64,000 nt of DNA, taken from a virus (lineage: Duplodnaviria; Caudoviricetes). Location: positions 64,001 to 128,000 of the IMG/VR virus record IMGVR_UViG_3300028048_000055; one strand, given 5' to 3'. Made by a program: the position numbers and the translations under genes. The notes under the pieces were generated by a model. The model worked only from the letters and a program-made list of their open reading frames with translations. It had not been told where the DNA came from and did not search any database. Position 1 is the stretch's first letter; each line of letters starts with the position of its first letter. This document shows positions 36,797-48,789 of this stretch, piece after piece.

Positions 36797-37105
36797 ATGA
36801 CCGCAGAAGAAGCAAGAAAGAATCGAATTCCGAAAGAAGACGAAGGAGTTGGCAAAACTAATATCGTTAATCTGTTAATCATGGATTATGTCAATAAAAT
36901 TGATGCTAAGATACAATCCGTAAGTCGATATACCAGTAGTCTTCTTTATCCCATATATGACCTGGAAGGTCGATATGATGTTTTGTCTAAGATTATGGAA
37001 GATTTTAGAAAAAACGGGTTTAATGTTGATTATAATGAAGTTTATTATGACAATGATTCAGCAGTAGGAGCTTATACACTTTTGTATATCTCTTGGCATA
37101 AGTAA
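36797..37105 (+). CDS. Hypothetical protein
   Basis: First ORF after promoter. Confidence 0.7.
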   Translation: MTAEEARKNRIPKEDEGVGKTNIVNLLIMDYVNKIDAKIQSVSRYTSSLLYPIYDLEGRYDVLSKIMEDFRKNGFNVDYNEVYYDNDSAVGAYTLLYISWHK

Positions 37106-37127
37106 GGATTTATAATAGAGGAATAAA

Positions 37128-37517
37128 ATGAGAAATAAGTTTACACCAGAATTTATTAACGACCTTGACGATAACGAAGTATTTGTTTTCGGCAGTAACA
37201 AGGAAGGTATGCACATTGGCGGTGCTGCACATTTTGCAATGCAGAGATTTGGTGCAGAATGGGGCAAGGGCGAAGGTCTCTATGGTCAGAGCTATGCTTT
37301 ACCGACTATGGACGATGATGATCCGAATTGTATTAAACCTTATGCTGATAGATTTATTCAGTTTGCTAAGGATCATAAGGAACTTACATTCTATGTCACT
37401 CCGGTTGGTTGTGGCATTGCTGGTTTTACACCTGAACAGATTGCACCATTCTTTAAAGATGCCCTTGATATGGATAATGTTATTCTTCCAGAAAGTTTTG
37501 TTGAGGTTTTAGGCTAG
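37128..37517 (+). CDS. A1S_2505-type phage protein (macrodomain-related)
   Basis: VFVFGSN.EG.H.GGAA, GQSYALPT, VTPVGCGIAG. Confidence 0.8.
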   Translation: MRNKFTPEFINDLDDNEVFVFGSNKEGMHIGGAAHFAMQRFGAEWGKGEGLYGQSYALPTMDDDDPNCIKPYADRFIQFAKDHKELTFYVTPVGCGIAGFTPEQIAPFFKDALDMDNVILPESFVEVLG

Positions 37518-40121
37518 TGGAATTTAAATTAAAACCGATAGCACTTAGATGTAATATGTGCTTCTGTCATTTTGAAAAGAAAAATGACGATTTTGAATAT
37601 ACTCAAGAAATTGTAGACAAGCGTTCAATGGGTAACGAAGTTTTACATTCTTGGGTTATTTCATATCAGGAATGTCCAAAATGTGGGAAGAAGTATTTTG
37701 TATCAATCGAACAATATGAATACCCAGAAGGTTGTTTAAATTGGAAAGAAACACAAACAGATAGAGTTTCTATTACAAATGATGTTGAAGTAGAGGAAAA
37801 TTAGTATGGCACAATATCATGTTGGTTGCGGAATGGCTGGAATTTATGCTGGCACTATCTCTAAGCCTGGAATGTGGAAAGTTAAGAATGATGTAACAAA
37901 TGAAGCACTTTGTGCAGTTGCTGATTATATGAAAGGTAAAATTACAGGCGATAATGATACTTATGAAATTACATGGAAGCTTCCAGATAAGGACATTATA
38001 TTATCTTTAACAGTCAAAAAGAAGAATGAGGAAAAATGATAGAACATAATGTTTTTATTGAATGTGCATTAAATGCCAAAGCATATTATCAAGCTTATCG
38101 TGGTTTGTGCAGGATGCGTATCATTTTCGCAAAAGCCCTAATAGAAAATTGGGAAGAAACATATGATCATCGTAGCACAAATTACGAGACCATGCAGCAC
38201 CAAGTTTTATTCTGGACCAACGTATATCAATATTGGGAAAAGAAACTCGAAGAATCTTATACTAGAGAAAAAGAATATCTGGGTGAATAATGACACAAGA
38301 AGAATTCAAAGAGCTTTGTAAAACATATCTTCCAAATTGTCATTTTAAAGATGGCAATACTTGTGGATTACTCTGCTATGATGGTGGAGACGATATTTTT
38401 AACATCATAGTTGCACTTCTACCGAGAGGTGAATTTGCAGTTTATGATAGGTGGCGTGAAATTACTGAAACATATGATATCGATTATGTAAAAGACTGGC
38501 TTGAACATTGTAGCTATAGGTATAAGAAATGACAGATAAAGAATTAATAGATGAACTAAAAATACTTGAAACATTTTATGTTTTATATAATAGACCGATT
38601 TTACCGTTTAACATATTAAAGAGTAATTATGACAGCGAACGGAGCAAAACGTAGTAGAATAATAGTAAACGAAATTGAAGAATGGCTTAAGGCTGAAAGG
38701 ATAATGCATGACTTTAGATGAAGCTATCCAACATTGCGAAGAAAGAGCATCCTGTGGCGATAAATGTGGTCTGGAACATAAACAGCTAGCTGAATGGTTA
38801 AAAGAGCTCAGAACATATCGTATGAGCGATAAACGATATGTTTTATCTGAAGATGATTATAAAACGATGTGTAAGTCTCCAAAGTTTGATGACCAGTTAT
38901 TTAGGTTGATTAATGACCTTGATGAAGAGATATTACCTGAAAATAGTAATAATTGCAGATATACTATAGAATATTCTGGAATAAGTAAAAGCGGCAATCG
39001 CTTTAATGGACGAAAATTTACAAATGATTTAAATGAAGCCAATAATAAGATGGATTTCTATATGGATAATGAGTATGTCGATATGGTTTCTATCCAAGAT
39101 GGCAAATATTCAATTAAATCTTTTACGAGGGGTTATGAATAATGGAACATGATTTAAACTTTTGGAAAAAACTTGTTACTGATATGGTTATTCTTTTAGG
39201 AAATGATCCATATATGGTAGCAACTGCCATAGAAGGTTGGGTCAAGAAAATGGCAGATACTGAAGATGAAAAACGATTACTTGAGCTTAATGATGATGTT
39301 ATGCATAGATTATTGTCTATTAAGCCGCATGAATGGAATGGATAATGAATAAATTATATCTTGTCAAACATACTGATATTGCATTAAAATCTGTTCAACG
39401 TGGTTTTACAGATACTTCCGATGTTTTTGAAAATCACACAAATCTTAGGATATTCAAAAAACGAAAGAAAGCAGAAAAATATATTACTGATTGGTATAAT
39501 AAATGGCCAGAACTTGGAACAGTAGTAAATGGCGGTGCTAGAATTAATGGTAAAAAAGAATTTGATGGTAATTCCGCAAAAGTTGAATATTGTTTATTTG
39601 GACCAAAACCTACACAAGTAGCAGAATTTTATACATTGGAAGAAATTGATTATGACAAATAAAGAATTACAAGAAAAGCTTGAAAAGTTTCCAGATGACA
39701 TAGAAGTATGGAATTTTCTCGCAGATGTAGATATTGAAGATGTATATGAAAAAAATCATTATAATTGTGGTGAATGGAAAACAGTTTTAATGATAGATTA
39801 GAGGAGTAAAATATGACACTTGAAGAATTTAAAGCAATAGTAAGAAAACATACACGTTTACCTTTGTCAAAGCTAGATGCATATGCAGAGGATGTATATA
39901 AGAATCCATGTTTTGAAGAATGGTTATGGGATGGAGAAGTTCCACAGATTGTAGCACTTCATGATTTGCATACTATTACTTTTCAGACTGGTAATAGATT
40001 GTTGGAAGCTCGAGAAAAAGTTCTTGAAAAAATGCCTATGGATAAGGCAAAGATATTTATCGAAAATAAACTTAATGATTTCTTAGAAAGAGTCAACCTT
40101 CAAAAGAAGAATTTATTATGA
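37517..40121 (+). CDS. Run of small hypothetical genes (zinc ribbon 37517-37804; 37806-38039; 38036-38290; 38290-38532; 38708-39142; 39142-39345; 39345-39662; 39813-40121)
   Basis: Translationally coupled small ORFs. Confidence 0.65.
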
Positions 40122-40495
40122 CAAATGACCTTCAACATTTATTAAATCTTGTTATTGAAAATACATTAGAAAAAGATATAGAAAATACAATATATAGACC
40201 AGTATGTACTGCATTATTAGCTAGGTTATATAAAGCTAATAAAAATATAAGTTTTTCTAAAGACATAACTAATGCGATAACTAAAATATTTGATTTAGAT
40301 TTTACAGAAATCTACGAAAAAGAAGAATCTGATGGTTGTGACCGTATGTCAGATCTTGTTGCTTTTATGACAGATACTTTGGTTAATTTCTTTAAAGATA
40401 AAAAAGCAACTGTTCATTTTTGTAATATCATATCTTGTGATATAGAATCAAAAACAAAAACATGTAAAATTAGAGTCGACTATACAGAGCAGTAA
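40118..40495 (+). CDS. Hypothetical protein, paralog of 43554..43913
   Basis: Shared YRP.C.ALLAR, NISFSKDIT, FFKDKKAT.HFCN, RVDYTE. Confidence 0.8.
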   Translation: MTNDLQHLLNLVIENTLEKDIENTIYRPVCTALLARLYKANKNISFSKDITNAITKIFDLDFTEIYEKEESDGCDRMSDLVAFMTDTLVNFFKDKKATVHFCNIISCDIESKTKTCKIRVDYTEQ

Positions 40496-40894
40496 TATTT
40501 ATGAATAGTTATTATCGTAGTAAAATAACTGGTTTTATATCAAGAATCTCTGATAAGTTATTAGAGAATTATATTGATTATAAAATTTATAGGTCAGTTT
40601 TTGGCATTGTTATAGAATATGATAGATATCGTATAATAATTGATCCTGATTGTAAGTATTATCGACTTGAAATGCTTGACGAAGGTTTAAAATTACAAAA
40701 ATGTTATAATTTTACTGATGTGATTGATTTTGTCAATACGGTTGATTATACATTTTATCAAATTATTGAACATAGGTTTAAAGGAAGCTATTGGGAAGAA
40801 TTAATGGGAATGTCAAAAATAATAAATTATAGATTACATAGACCATGGCTTCGTGAATTTACGAAAACCAAGAAACTAGTTGAGGGTAAAGATA

Positions 40895-41350
40895 ATGAAT
40901 AATGATGTAGTATATTTTTCAGTAAATAATTGGTTTTGTGGAAGAGATTATCCACACGATAAACAATTTATTAAGTGACTTGGAAATGATTTAAAACAGA
41001 CTTTCAGAGATGAAGAATGGGTTAAAGAAAATAAGCTTTGTGTTAGATATGGCTATATTGACATGTCTCAAAATTATTGTGTTACTGCACCTAGAGAATG
41101 GGTTGAAAAGAATTGTCCTAAGCTATTAACCGATGATGAATATGAATACGACCTTATATCCAGTGATAAAGGCCGAGAAACATATAAAAAGAAATATTCA
41201 GAATTTGTTTATCAGCCAGATGAAGAAGGTAATCCTCCTGAAGATAAGTTCGGTTGGCCGTTCTTAGAATATTGTGATGAAAATATCGGTTGTGAGTATT
41301 ATGAAGAACCTTATGAATCTGATTATGATGATGAGGAAGATGAAGAATGA
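40895..41350 (+). pseudogene. Phage ORF interrupted by in-frame TGA (40976-40978)
   Basis: GAGG RBS and ATG 40895 in frame with the 41063 ORF; ...QFIK*LGNDL... where Trp would fit. Confidence 0.6.
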
Positions 41351-43475
41351 AAATGAATTATGCAGATTGGCTTAAAACCAAAGTAAAATATGACGGTAAG
41401 ACTAAATGTTTTGTCGACGGTTGCGATAAGCCAGGATTATATGAAATGGGTGATGTCAGATATTGGTGTGGTGGTTGTGAAGAACATGCCAATATGAAAA
41501 GAGAATATCAATGGTATCTTAACTCTAATACAAAAGATCCAGAAATTTGTGGAACATGGTAAAGGATAAATTAAACATGAATGAAATTCAGTTAGATGAA
41601 AATGAAGTTGAATTTTATAAAAGCGTACTAGCAGACATGATTCCATGGGATGATAAGAATTATGATAAAAAGCTAGACGAGATGGCAAGAGGCTGTTTAA
41701 AAGCTGAAAAAGATCCAGACTTCATAGCAATGTGTGAAGAACACGATAGAATGATGGAAGAAGAGCTAAGAAAATCTACATAAGTTGTGTATATTTTATC
41801 AGATATTTTTTATTAGGATTTAATTATTATAGATATTTTCTATATTTAATAATGGGATTGTTACAATGAAGTTAGTATCTATAAGATTTGAATCAGACAT
41901 TAGTCTAACTCAATATATTAATACTAATAAGATTGCAAAGCGAAATATACAAAGCATTCTTTTTAATACAGATTGGAATGGGTATGTCTTATTTTACTGG
42001 GAGAAATAATGATATCTAAAGATGAAGTAGAAGAACTTAAACTTATAGTAATTCATAGAGATTTATAATATGACAGAACCTTTATTATGTAGAACAGCAG
42101 ACGGTAAAATGCATTGGACTACTCAAGCTGCGGGTAGACGAGATTGCCGTGATTTTAAAACCTATTGTGGTCAACAAGTTGTTTCTGTTATCCATGAACC
42201 AATTACAGCAATGGGTTTTTATTTTAATCTTAATGACGAAGAAAAGAAACATATGAAGAATGTCGAAAAGATTATGGAAGACTGGAACGGTGAATTGTGT
42301 CAAAAATGTCAAAATAAAAGATATGAAGAAGAACGTATGGCTTGGGGTTTTTAATGAAAATAGAAAATAATGAAACTTGTTATAATATAGAACAAAGGAA
42401 CAAAAAATGAAATTTCGTAATGGTAGTGAATTGTTTCAAATGCATGGTGGGCATTTTACGATAATCCAGCTTTGGTTCGGACAACGGGTATTTGATATCA
42501 GTTACTACCCGCAACACACATTTCATTTCTGGTGTCATTCAAACGGCGCCATAAAAGGGAAAGACAATTGCCTTGACTTGAATTTATATATTCTTGGTTT
42601 TTTCTTTTCATATACTGATTACGGATATCATCGCTACAAAAAGGAAAATTATGACAGTAAAAGAATTACATAAAAAATTAGAAAAATATATTGACAAGGG
42701 TTTTGGTAATGTTGAATTAAAAACATCTGACCAAGGTGGAAATGATGGTGAAGTCTTAGGCGTTTATGACTATGATGATCCAAATGAAGATGATGGCAAG
42801 GTTGTAGTTATTGAGGTTGCATAATATGTTTGCTTATAAAGATATGCCAGAAGATATAAAAACGAAGATCAGTGAATTAAAACGAGAAAAACATTGTCTT
42901 GAATTTGATTTGACTTGTATGGGTATTATGAATTATGGTCCTATTATGAGACGATTAGACGAAGTTAATGCTGAACTTAAAAAACTGAAAGAAAAATATG
43001 AAAACGATTGATATATATGCTAATGGTCCAGAAATTACTTTTGAAACCATCGATGATTTAAAAGCAAATGAAAAGGTCAGAAAGACTTTATTTAATGACG
43101 ATGGTTCTATAAAAGATATCTTTATTTCAGAAAATCCATATACAAAGAAAAATCCGCTTAATCATAGATTTAGAAGAAAAAGGTGCCGGTGCAATAGAAT
43201 TAGACAAAGCAGTAAAAAAGTCTTTCGAAGATCTTTATATACCAATGGCCGAAAAGAAATAGTATACTATGATATAATGGAGAATAAATATGACAGTTGA
43301 AGAGATTAAAGCGAAAGGCTTAAAAGTATGGTATGTTAAAGATAAAAAATCTGGAAAATACGTTTCTGTTAAACGTGACGGTAGTTATGAATTTGTGGAC
43401 AATCCGTATATATTCTGCATGAGTTTAGAATGTTTACGTAACAGTTTAACAAAACCACATTTTTTTTTATTATAG
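41347..43475 (+). CDS. Run of small hypothetical genes
   Basis: Coupled ORFs 41347-41562, about 41556-41783, 42070-42354, 42407-42673, about 42651-42824, about 42826-43011, 42998-43300, 43290-43475. Confidence 0.55.
43168..43262 (+). repeat. About 90-bp diverged copy of 44504-44595
   Basis: ATTTAGAAGAAAAAGG.GC.GGTGCAATAGAATTAGACAAAGCAGTAAAAAAG shared. Confidence 0.9.
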
Positions 43476-43553
43476 CAGAGAAGATGGTAAAATAATTACT
43501 AATATAATAGCAACACCGATAATAAATGATATAGAAATTATAGAAGCATAATT

Positions 43554-43913
43554 ATGAGCGCAAATACCGAATTGTTAAACCATATTATCGATAATACATT
43601 AGTAAAAGACGTAAAATCGCCAGTTTATCGACCGATTTGTATTGCGTTATTAGCCAGAACCTATCAAGCTTGTAAAAATATAAGCTTTTCTAAGGATATA
43701 ACCCATGCGACAACAAATACGTTCGAAATCGATTTTTCTGACGCATATAAGTCGTCTGTCGATGACACTATGCCTGAAATTGTCGCAATATTGACTAAAA
43801 CATTGATTGATTTTTTCAAAGATAAGAAAGCGACTATACATTTCTGCAATTTTACGTTTTTCGATATTAATAAGAAACAATGTACACTCAGGGTGGATTA
43901 TACAGAAGAATGA
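43554..43913 (+). CDS. Hypothetical protein, paralog of 40118..40495
   Basis: See paralog. Confidence 0.8.
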   Translation: MSANTELLNHIIDNTLVKDVKSPVYRPICIALLARTYQACKNISFSKDITHATTNTFEIDFSDAYKSSVDDTMPEIVAILTKTLIDFFKDKKATIHFCNFTFFDINKKQCTLRVDYTEE

Positions 43914-44083
43914 CTCTAAAAGAAGTTGAAGAAAAAGTTCAAGAATATCAATGCATCCACTGCGGACAGTGCGAAAAAGACCTTCCGTGCCCGCAGGATT
44001 TAAAACGTTTCAAAATCTGGCAAGAATATTTCGATTCACTGGAGGAATCAAAATAACAATAGATTTAAAATAGGAATTGAATA

Positions 44084-44595
44084 ATGACATTAAAAGAACT
44101 TAAGAAGTTTATAAAGTCTATACCTAAGGAATATGATAATTGTGATATCAAGATGTTTCTTGATGAAGAACTAGGCTATGAAATGGACTTGGATAATCTT
44201 GTTGTCGTTCATAAGCCTAAGCTTGATCCAGCATATACTTATCCGTGTTGCATGTTTGATAAAGAAAAGAAAGAATTTGTATTTCTTGACGAAAAGGAAC
44301 TCCGTTTTATAAGAGATTTCGAAGTCGAAGAATACAAGAGGGCAAAGACTGAAGACTATAATCGTTATGGTTATGTAGAATCTTTTAAAGCGGAAGTTAA
44401 AGAATGACAGAAAAAGAATTGAAAAAGTATTCGTATGAAGAACTTTTAAAAATGTATTGGCAGTTAAAAACAGAAATGGAAAGAAGAGGACTGTATGAGA
44501 AGTATTTAGAAGAAAAAGGCGCTGGTGCAATAGAATTAGACAAAGCAGTAAAAAAGGCTTTAGAAGATCTTTGTATACCGATGACCAAAAAGTAA
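44084..44595 (+). CDS. Two hypothetical genes with MTxKEL N-termini (44084-44407, 44404-44595)
   Basis: Coupled ORFs. Confidence 0.7.
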
Positions 44596-44752
44596 TGATA
44601 CATTTAGAGGTGAACTATGCCAAAGAAACCTAAAATTAAAGAAGAATACCAATACAAATATGAAAGATGCATGAAGATAAGTGAACTTATTAAAGAACTT
44701 CAGGCAGTTAAAAAGATATGTTAATAATTGATTATTAAAATAAGGAATTAAT

Positions 44753-45232
44753 ATGGAATGGATTAAAATAGAAGACAGATTACCTGAAAAAGGTCAATAT
44801 GTTCTTGTTACATTTAAAAGCGGTTTCGACAATAGACCAAGTTATGGACTTGAAATTGCCGAATATTATGGTAATAATTCATGGGCATTAACTGACGGTG
44901 AATATGATGTTGCCGGACCTGTTATCGCATGGCAGGAATTGCCAAAACCTTATATTGATCCCGAATTTAAGGATGCTAAGTTTAATACAATAGATAATCA
45001 TTATTATCAAATGATAGTAGACGGAGAAGATAATTGGCCAGAAGATTATTATATGGTTCAATATACTGGCACAGATGACGATAATAAAACATTTATACAT
45101 AGAGATTATTATAGGACTGAAAAATTAGCATTGAATAGAGTAAGTGAACTTTATGATAATTGTAAAATTAAATATATTGCAGCTTATGCCTATGGTGGTA
45201 AAGAAATAAAAAGAATATCAAAACCGCAATAA
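44753..45232 (+). CDS. DUF551-domain protein
   Basis: MEWIKIEDRLPE..VLV..VIAWQELPKP. Confidence 0.75.
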   Translation: MEWIKIEDRLPEKGQYVLVTFKSGFDNRPSYGLEIAEYYGNNSWALTDGEYDVAGPVIAWQELPKPYIDPEFKDAKFNTIDNHYYQMIVDGEDNWPEDYYMVQYTGTDDDNKTFIHRDYYRTEKLALNRVSELYDNCKIKYIAAYAYGGKEIKRISKPQ

Positions 45233-45312
45233 CAAATATTTAGAAAAATTTACAAACTTAACCAAATTGGTTAAGTTTTTTCTATATTTAATACATATAA
45301 GCGAGAATTAAT

Positions 45313-46835
45313 ATGAGATTTCATGAATTAATCGGTTTAATCGACGATATTTTTACAAAATATAGAAAAGTAGAATGCACTCCGGATTCTGAATGGACTC
45401 CATATGTCTTCTATAAGAATCTGGATAATGTAAAAGAAGGTTATTCTGTCTATGTCGGTTCCAAGGGTTTAAAAGAAGAACTTGAGACTTTATTGCATCG
45501 TTGTGAAACAGAACAGAATTTTAAGTTCACAGATAAGCAATGGGAAACAATTTTCGGTTCATTAGAAACAGCGAATAACCAAGATAATGACGATGATGCT
45601 TGGACAGATATAATGTTCAGAGCTAAATATAATTTTATCGAATGGGTAATACAATATACTGGTGCTCAACATGCACATATGTATTAGGAAAACCAAAATG
45701 AATGATATACATGTCGTAATAACGCAAGATAAAAATGCACCATGTAATAGTTATACTGGTCTAGATTATTATTTCTTTGACAATGAAATTTTAGCATTAG
45801 ATTGGTTAAATGAGTATAAGAAAAATAATCCAGTAGGTCATTATTGTGAATATCAAAAGTGGAGTATAATAAAATTTGCTACTTGGGTTGCAAAAAGTAT
45901 AAAAGAATTACATTTACATAATAATATGAGGTGGTAATAAATGTGTAAATTTTGTGATTGTACAAAAGAAATAAAGCATAAAAGAAAGGATGGAACTGAA
46001 ATACATTATAGTTCCGAAGTAAAAGTAAATCATGCTGTTTGTATGTATGATTCAGATTCATATATAGAGAAAGAAAAAGAGTTTGAAAAAGATGAATTGG
46101 ATAACTGGTATGATTATACTAGCAAGAATTCTTCTAATGAAGGATTCTATATAGTAGATGGCGATATGCTTGGTTGTGCTCTTGAAGGTGGTTGTACTGC
46201 TACTGTCATGAAAATAAAGAATTGCCCGATTTGTAATAAAGAGCTTAAACATATTGAACCTAAATTTGTAAAAAATGAAGCGTAGAATAAGTTTTGGAAA
46301 TGCATGCCATTTTATACATATGATGGCTATGAAAGATTTAGATAAATATGATAAACCAAATGCTGTGGCATCTGTATTCTTTATGGATGATTATTATCAT
46401 TCTTTTAAAAAACTTACAAGTCCAGTAAAACATGTTGTATTATATGGCGAAGATTCTACCGAAGAAAAAGCACTTGATGCATTAACAAAACAACTTGAAG
46501 ACTTTCTTAAAGAACCTGTGCTTACAAATAGAAATTATTAAAGGTTAAATATGCGACATGTATTAAAATCTGTTGATCCATTATGGGAAGCTAGACTTGT
46601 AGAAGATATTGTCAGACATGGTAAAGGCGATATTGAAATAAGAGAGGATGAAAATGACCATTCTCCTATTGTATATAGTAAAAAAGCACAAAGAGGTATT
46701 CATCTGGAATCTATAGTTGAAGTATGGCCAGTTGATAGTATAGCAGAAAATATAATAGACCTTTTTAATAGTGCTATCGAAGCTGAAAACTATCTAGCAG
46801 GTCTTGATCATGTATTAGACGATTTAAAGGAATAA
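45313..46835 (+). CDS. Run of small hypothetical genes (45313-45687, 45698-45937, 45941-46285 zinc ribbon, 46275-46541, 46551-46835)
   Basis: ORFs downstream of promoter-like element at 45249-45288. Confidence 0.65.
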
Positions 46836-46840
46836 AAATT

Positions 46841-47215
46841 ATGCAAGGATTTGAAGTAAAATTACCAGATTCAGCAAAGACTTATCTTTTTGATATCAGT
46901 TTCTTCGATAAAGATAAAGGTGAGTGGAATGATGAACTTAAAGTTAGGGCCAAAAGAATTACAAATGAAAGGTTTATTCATTTTGACGAATTTACAGATT
47001 TCTATGTAAGTAAGTTCTTTGATGAACATCCGGACGGATTTTATTGTGATATAGTAATTAAATTCTATGATAATGAACTTAAAGAAGTTTGCTATCAAAA
47101 AGAATTTAAAAATCGTTGGCTTTATATTGAAGAAATTAATGATTTAAATCAATATGATGAGTGTAAGTTATTTCGTGTTGTCGATATAGAATATTCTAAA
47201 CGTAGACAATTTTAA
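46841..47215 (+). CDS. Shortened tail-tube (gp19-fold)-like paralog
   Basis: AKTYLFDI, L.VRAK, FDEF.DF.V, DIVIKFYD....V....F.N.W pattern with the long hairpin region missing. Confidence 0.45.
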   Translation: MQGFEVKLPDSAKTYLFDISFFDKDKGEWNDELKVRAKRITNERFIHFDEFTDFYVSKFFDEHPDGFYCDIVIKFYDNELKEVCYQKEFKNRWLYIEEINDLNQYDECKLFRVVDIEYSKRRQF

Positions 47216-47269
47216 TTAACCTAAACACTAATATAAATAGTATAAAAGTATAACAGATTGTGATTAATT

Positions 47270-47839
47270 ATGAAACGTAAATGTGTATTAGGTGTCTTGA
47301 AGACTGAAGCTGGTCTCGAGATTAAAAAAGAAATGTTAGAGTGGTTAGAACCGATTTATGATGTAACTTTGGTTGAAGTCGATCCGCCTAACGATAAAGA
47401 ATTTGAATTACCATTTATTAAAAAAGCTTGTGAAGTCTCTATAGAAAATAACGAACCTGTTTTATATTTGCATACAAAAGGTGCAGCAATGCCCAATAAT
47501 GCACAGCCAGTTGTTAGAGATTTCTGGAAGCATGAATTTACTGAAAAAGTTGACCAATATTTTAATGCAGTTAATGGCGACAAAGCCTTAGCTTCTGCTC
47601 CTATTGTAGGAAGTCAGAATCCTATTTGTTGGTTCAATGGTTTTGTCATGAATTCTTCTGCCGCAAAACAAATTTTAGAAAAACTATCCGTTCATGAAGA
47701 CAGATATTGGTTCGAACAACAAATGCTAAAAGAATCAAGTGTTTCTACATTTGGACTTTATGATTCTAATGCTGAAGATGGAAATCGTGCATGGCGTAGT
47801 TTCTGTTACTGGTATCAAACACAATATGGAGTAAAGTAA
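47270..47839 (+). CDS. Glycosyltransferase-like protein
   Basis: VLYLHTKG, WFNGF, RYWFE; late promoter at 47232. Confidence 0.55.
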   Translation: MKRKCVLGVLKTEAGLEIKKEMLEWLEPIYDVTLVEVDPPNDKEFELPFIKKACEVSIENNEPVLYLHTKGAAMPNNAQPVVRDFWKHEFTEKVDQYFNAVNGDKALASAPIVGSQNPICWFNGFVMNSSAAKQILEKLSVHEDRYWFEQQMLKESSVSTFGLYDSNAEDGNRAWRSFCYWYQTQYGVK

Positions 47840-48789
47840 TGTATTCTGATTTTATAGTAACAATGGCTACAATTCCTGAACGTTTTGAAATGCTTAAAAA
47901 GAATATATATAGTATTTTAAAACAAGAAGATGTAATATTTGATAAATTATTAATTGTTGTTAATAAATATAATTCTGAAGATATTTTAAAAAAATATGAT
48001 GAAATTAAAGCAATTTCACCAAAATATATTGATGTAGTTCTTGGTGATAATAAATGGAAAAGTTGCAATAAAGCAATTTATCCAATTTTACATAATCCAG
48101 ATAAAACATTTATTACAGTTGATGATGACATCAATTATTATCCACATGCATTATATGATTTATTAGAAATGCATGAAAAATATCCAAATTATATTATTAC
48201 ACATGAAACTAATCCAGTTCGTATAACAGATTTAGATTTTGTAGAATATTTTAATACATGGCAAACAAAATTTAAACAATGTTGTTATGATAAATATTTA
48301 ACTTGTTGTTGTTTATTTCCAGCACATACATTTGATAATACTGATGTTTTAAATTATGATAAAATGATAGAATTAACAAATGGCATGCATGATGAATTAT
48401 GGTTATGGGTTAATAGTACTATTAAAGGAATTAAATCTATTTGTTTAAATCATACATTGACATTTGTTTTAGATAATGTTATAACACAAGATAATAATGC
48501 ATTAGGTTCTATAAATGGTTTACCAGAAAAATTAATTGAATATAATTTAAAAATTAATGCTTTATATGGTAAGCAGCTTGCTCAAGTATTAAAATCAAAT
48601 ACTATAGATTTTATTGTAACTGAAAATAATTTTTATGGAATATTATGTATGATGAATCAACTTATTTCAATTTATAAAAATTATAAAAAAATGATATTTG
48701 ATGTATCAGCTTTGGCAAAAAGTTATCAAACAATATTTACAAATAATATACAACAATTTTCATCAATTTGTGAAGTAAAATATGAATGA
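47839..48789 (+). CDS. GT-A fold glycosyltransferase
   Basis: IVTMATIPER, ITVDDDINY, DELW. Confidence 0.75.
   Translation: MYSDFIVTMATIPERFEMLKKNIYSILKQEDVIFDKLLIVVNKYNSEDILKKYDEIKAISPKYIDVVLGDNKWKSCNKAIYPILHNPDKTFITVDDDINYYPHALYDLLEMHEKYPNYIITHETNPVRITDLDFVEYFNTWQTKFKQCCYDKYLTCCCLFPAHTFDNTDVLNYDKMIELTNGMHDELWLWVNSTIKGIKSICLNHTLTFVLDNVITQDNNALGSINGLPEKLIEYNLKINALYGKQLAQVLKSNTIDFIVTENNFYGILCMMNQLISIYKNYKKMIFDVSALAKSYQTIFTNNIQQFSSICEVKYE

Noticed and set aside
43168-44595. Diversity-generating retroelement TR/VR pair
   Set aside because: Differences between the copies are not adenine-specific, several are synonymous, and no reverse transcriptase is present.
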